Shown one piece after another: positions 63,826 through 64,000 of a DNA stretch of 64,000 nt; within the stretch, counting starts at the first letter, position 1; each line of letters starts with the position of its first letter. Source of the stretch: Negaprion brevirostris (taxonomy: Eukaryota); the NCBI GenBank assembly GCA_030324005.1, contig JARDVH010000163.1:47622954-47686953 (forward strand), given 5' to 3'. The notes under the pieces were generated by a model, which ran no database searches, was not told the DNA's origin, and was given only the letters and a program-made list of their open reading frames with translations. A program made the translations under genes and the position numbers.

Positions 63826-64000
63826 CTACGTCTCTACTTAGAGAAAAACAAATGTGACAATTATATGCATTTCTTTGTACATCCATTGACATTGGTGTGT
63901 CAAAACTTGTTTGAACCCAATAAAAGAAATAAGTTGCCAACCACACTTGTCAGATTCAAATGTTCCCACAACATGAAGGCTAAAAAGCAGAGAATTGAAT

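Overview
Eukaryotic, repeat-rich vertebrate DNA with many N gaps. The HE1-type V-SINEs, Deu-SINE, CR1, L2, Rex1 and Penelope fragments point to a cartilaginous fish (shark). The window lies inside the IQCJ / IQCJ-SCHIP1 locus on the + strand. Three phase-compatible IQCJ coding exons (3111-3175, 5170-5253, 17055-17205) splice to [100 protein letters not shown]. The alternative first coding exon of SCHIP1 (58135-58197, MDSSERQSRLWENTPEKHSDA) follows about 41 kb later. Nearly all ORFs in the supplied track are spurious or transposon-derived. The most interesting non-obvious signals are: (1) a decayed, internally deleted retroviral gag at the left end; (2) a candidate splice acceptor in the SCHIP1 leader that would give IQCJ a 53-codon alternative tail whose stop overlaps the SCHIP1 start; (3) minimal hammerhead-ribozyme motifs in Penelope-derived palindromes; (4) several inverted-repeat pairs and hairpins; (5) local duplications. 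No prokaryote-type system (CRISPR, operon, rRNA, tRNA gene) is supported. Human protein sequences and repeat-family names are quoted from memory and need database confirmation. Repeat boundaries are approximate.
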